Assembly: GCA_973895155.1 (NCBI GenBank)
Contig: OZ316891.1
Span: 7,935,775 to 7,999,774, forward strand
Origin: Marsupella aquatica
Taxonomy: Eukaryota; Plantae; Marchantiophyta
Length of the DNA: 64,000 bases
Direction: 5' to 3'
Shown here piece by piece: positions 60,501 to 64,000 of this stretch. Position numbers and translations under genes: made by a program. A model generated the notes under the pieces. The model was not told the origin of the DNA. It worked only from the letters and a program-made list of their open reading frames with translations, and did not search any database. Numbering within the stretch: the stretch's first letter is position 1; each line of letters begins with the position of its first letter.

Positions 60501-63500
60501 TGTAGACTAATCGTAAGAACTCGTCACCTCATTTACTCAAACACACTTGAAAAGGTTAATCGAAAAGTAAGGCTCATGAAATTTGGACAATTCCTGACTG
60601 TCATTCATAAATGATCAGCAAGGACCTCGACTCTGATAGTCGACGGCCCTAATGGGAAGTGTGACGAGATCGAGTCAAGGTCAGGTCTAGAGCGTGGTAC
60701 TGTGGTAGAGCATATACACGTACGTACTGACACTGATCCTAACCACTGAAAGTCACATCGTCATGTAAGCCTTCGTCCTGAAGTGATGTGACCTAAGGAT
60801 ACTGAATCATTACCTTTTTTGAATTGACTGTGATGAAACGATCGTCGAACAGCTTTCCTCGAAGGTCACCGGCGAATCAGATCGGCACGACGAGGTGGAT
60901 TTCGAGTTCCTCGGCAATGTGTCGGGGCAGCCTTACATTCTGCAAACCAATGTGTTCACGGGCGGCAACGGGGGCCGTGAGCAGCGCATCTACTTGTGGT
61001 TCGACCCGACCGAGGCCTATCACTGGTATTCCATCATGTGGAATCGCGACGCCATCGTGTAAGCTTTCTTTTTGTCTTCCTACCTGCCCTGCCTCTGTCG
61101 GCTGCTCGCTTGATGTGCTGTTCTTTCACGATCGCTTTCTGCGCTGTTTGGATCAGCTTTTCTTTCTGCTCCTCGATTCAGCTTTCTTTCTCGCTAGCGA
61201 AACTTTCTGCTGCTCGGATCAGCTTTTCTTTCCGCTGCTCGCTTCAACTTTCTTTCTCGCTCGCTTACTCTGCTGTTCAGATCAGCTTTTCTTTCTGCCC
61301 CCTCGCTTCAGCTTTCTTTCTTGCTAGCTCGGATCAGCTTTCTTTCTCATTCGCTTTCTGTGCTGTTTGGATCAGCTTTTCTTTCGCTTCAGCTTTCTTT
61401 CTCGCTAGCTTTTCTTTCTGCTGATAGGATCAGCTTTTCTTTCCGCTGCTCGCTTCAGCTTTCTTTCTCGCTAGCTTTTCTTTCTGCTGATAGGATCAGC
61501 TTTTCTTTCCGCTTCTCGCTTCAGCTTTCTTTCTCGCTCGCTTACTGTGATGTTCGGATCAGCTTTTCTTTCTTTCTTGCTCGCGTATTGTGCTGTTCAG
61601 ATCAGCTTTTCTTTCTGCTCTTCTTCTCGGCCGTCCAGAGCAGCTTTCCTTCGTGCACTCGGATTATACGTGTAAGGTCACACCTGCCTGTCAGGGAAGG
61701 ATATAAGGAAGGCCAGAGGGAGAAGTCGTGGTAAAGGCGTTGCCACATTTCTTAACGTTTTGTGAAATTTCACTTGGTAATTTGGGGTTCTTTAATTAAG
61801 TGAAGACGAACGCACGGTCCTAAAACTACTCATCTAGTTTTGTTAGAAATAGGAACAACAAAAATCTCCTGGGCCTTCAATCGTACAAACACCATGTTAT
61901 GAGGGCATTCTGGGCAATAATAGCCCTCAAAAAGTTGAACTAAAGCACTCGGTTTGGGGGACATCATGGCCCACAATGCCTTATTGCCACGACATTACTA
62001 TACACGTCAATCATTGAAAAAGGCTTAAACCCTTAGTAGTTTGTTTTGTTTGTAGTTTGGATACCTTTTACCGATATCAATCTCCCGATACGGTCTTGAG
62101 AACTCCTGTTCTCAAACTTAATTTAGAAGAAAAACATTGCCTGGTTCAAGCTTTCTAAAGCCTTGCAAGGGCCAGACCTCCCAAAAAGAAAAGCACCTCA
62201 GGGTTTTGTTTTAGGGTGGCTTTACAGGAAGGTGGGGGCAGTTTCCACATTTTTTTTGTGTCCAAGATCTGTTCAAGGCCATCCATTTGAGAGAAATTGC
62301 TGTTGTTCACTTTGCAAAACCTTGGGGGCACTTTCAACCGAACCTGTTACCAATCCTACATGGAATGCAATGGGGCCCAATTTTTGCTTATGTGGAGCAC
62401 TCTTTTGTCCTATATTTAGACCACCTGAGCTCTTGGTGGTCTCTTCTTCTGGCTGCTTGGTCCATTTCTATTTTAAGTCATTTGTGATAAAAAGGGACCC
62501 ACAAGTCCTTCATAAGATATTCTCATCTCACGTTTACAAAGACTTTAGCCAAAGATTACGTGACATTCAGGTGGAGTGGGCCCTCAATCTGTCTTTTAGT
62601 CAATTAATCTGGCACCATTGGCTGCACTTGGCTTTACAAGACCTTGGGGGCAATAAAAGGATTCAAAAAATGCTTTTAGCCCCGGGACACTATATTTAGT
62701 GTGTGCAATGGCCCTCCAGTTTGCTTTGGTAAAAAAAACTCCCAAGTGCCCCCACGTCTTGTAAAGTCCTCCTTAGGCACCTCAGCTTGGGCTTTACTTG
62801 AAAGAGTGCCCTTGTGTGAAGGCTTTACTGTACACACAAGCCACCATAGGTTGTTATTTTCCTTTTCTTTTGGAAAATGAGGCCCAATATCAACTAAACC
62901 AATAAATGCTCCAGATGGGCAATACAAGCCAAGTCCAAACGGGCTGTTATTGATTGAGCATGCAGTGAGTGTGCTCCTCAAGTTGTTAAGGGCTTCACAA
63001 GCCAATGTATCAGTACATGTACCCAGCTTTCAAATGTTGTGCTCCCCAAGTTTCGCTTACTTCAACATGGGCACATCATAGATTACACAATATATTATTT
63101 TGGCCATCATGGATCACTGGCAGTTCAACAAAGGAGTAACAGGGTAAAGTGACACCCAAATGGCTTATATTTACAATGTCTAAAGTGTCAGTGTCTGTTC
63201 TAATAACTTCACTCTAATATCTTATTGTGCTTGCTTGTTGACTGAGGTGTGGGGAAGCTCACATTATAGGGTAGGAGGATGACATGTCCTTCCAAAATTC
63301 ATGATTGGGACTCCAGAACTCCTGATTAAAAACTTACCTGTGTTTATATTAATCCAGCAGGTGAGACATTTGAATGTTTGCTTGGTAAAGATATGAGGAT
63401 TGACAATTGATTCCAAAATTGAGTGAATGCTTGGTATATGCAGATTTTGGGTGGATGCAGTTCCAATTAGGAGTTTTAAAAACAATACTGACTTGGGAGT

Positions 63501-63625
63501 GCCTTACCTCTCAAGAAGGCCAATGGGACTGTACTCAAGTATGTTCGATGCCAGTACTTGGGCTACGCGAGGTGGCCTGGTGGGCATTGATTGGACAAGG
63601 GGCCCTTTTATCTCATCCTATACAG
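57576..63625 (+). CDS. XTH: Xyloglucan endotransglucosylase/hydrolase (GH16 XTH); partial, last exon(s) beyond the window
   Basis: Exons 57576-57768 (signal peptide ... [10 protein letters not shown]), 59193-59293 ([33 protein letters not shown]), 60853-61058 (catalytic [36 protein letters not shown]) and 63444-63625 ([40 protein letters not shown]). All introns are GT-AG and phase-consistent. Confidence 0.95.
61130..61622. repeat. Pyrimidine-rich minisatellite (~55-65 bp unit, ~9 copies) at the start of XTH intron 3
   Basis: ggatcagcttttctttccgctgctcgcttcagctttctttctcgctagc recurs. It explains the spurious low-complexity ORFs at 60996-61734. Confidence 0.92.
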
Positions 63626-64000
63626 GTAAAAGGGGCTACGTTCTGTGTCTCTCTAAAAAGTTACAAAACGTTATCTACATTAGTACTCCATTTAGTCCCA
63701 TCTCTCCAATTGGGAGAGGCCAGATCGATTAAGCAAACTTCTACATGGTTTCACTCCCTCGAAACGAGAATACACAAAAGCAAGATTTGAAGGAACAAAG
63801 TGCCACAAAGGATGATCATGGACTTCACTTGAACTGTCGAACACTCTTCATACAAGAATTTGCTCAGAAATTTAAAAAAAAGTTCCTAGTGAATAATGAT
63901 TTCACTAAATTGATTTCCAAAATATTTTAATTCCAATTATTTGTCGACAAAATAGGGAGGTCAGATATATTCATACTTCGCCTTAATTTCACTCGAACTT

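Noticed and set aside
60824-61734. ORFs of 137-167 aa overlapping XTH exon 3 and intron 3
   Set aside because: They are off-frame readings of exon 3 plus minisatellite translation.

Overview
Eukaryotic nuclear DNA from a land plant with intron-rich genes. It is most likely a bryophyte, liverwort-like; this is inferred from a SHIPPO/PG-repeat axonemal gene, the gene architecture and long leaders. Exon chains were assembled by hand from GT/GC-AG signals and reading-frame continuity. Seven protein-coding loci: the 3' end of a PGG-type membrane protein (+); a 3-exon ABCG half-transporter of the ABCG1/2/6/20 clade (+); AP-5 complex subunit beta-1 (-); an 11-exon ~314-aa SHIPPO/ODF3-like PGP-repeat protein that the ORF track shows only in fragments (-); plastid Iojap/RsfS (-); a REM-type B3 protein with a GC-AG intron (+); and a 3'-truncated XTH (+). 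Mobile DNA: a complete 1.6-kb non-autonomous Helitron filled with a ~19-bp minisatellite; a decayed Pif1-helicase Helitron-like element with unrecognised accessory ORFs; and an AT-rich repeat island at ~36.4-43 kb. Most notable: the PGP-repeat microtubule-binding candidate, a diverged copy of an ABCG exon segment inside the gene's own intron, and the Pif1 element's unknown cargo. No rRNA, complete tRNA or CRISPR was seen.
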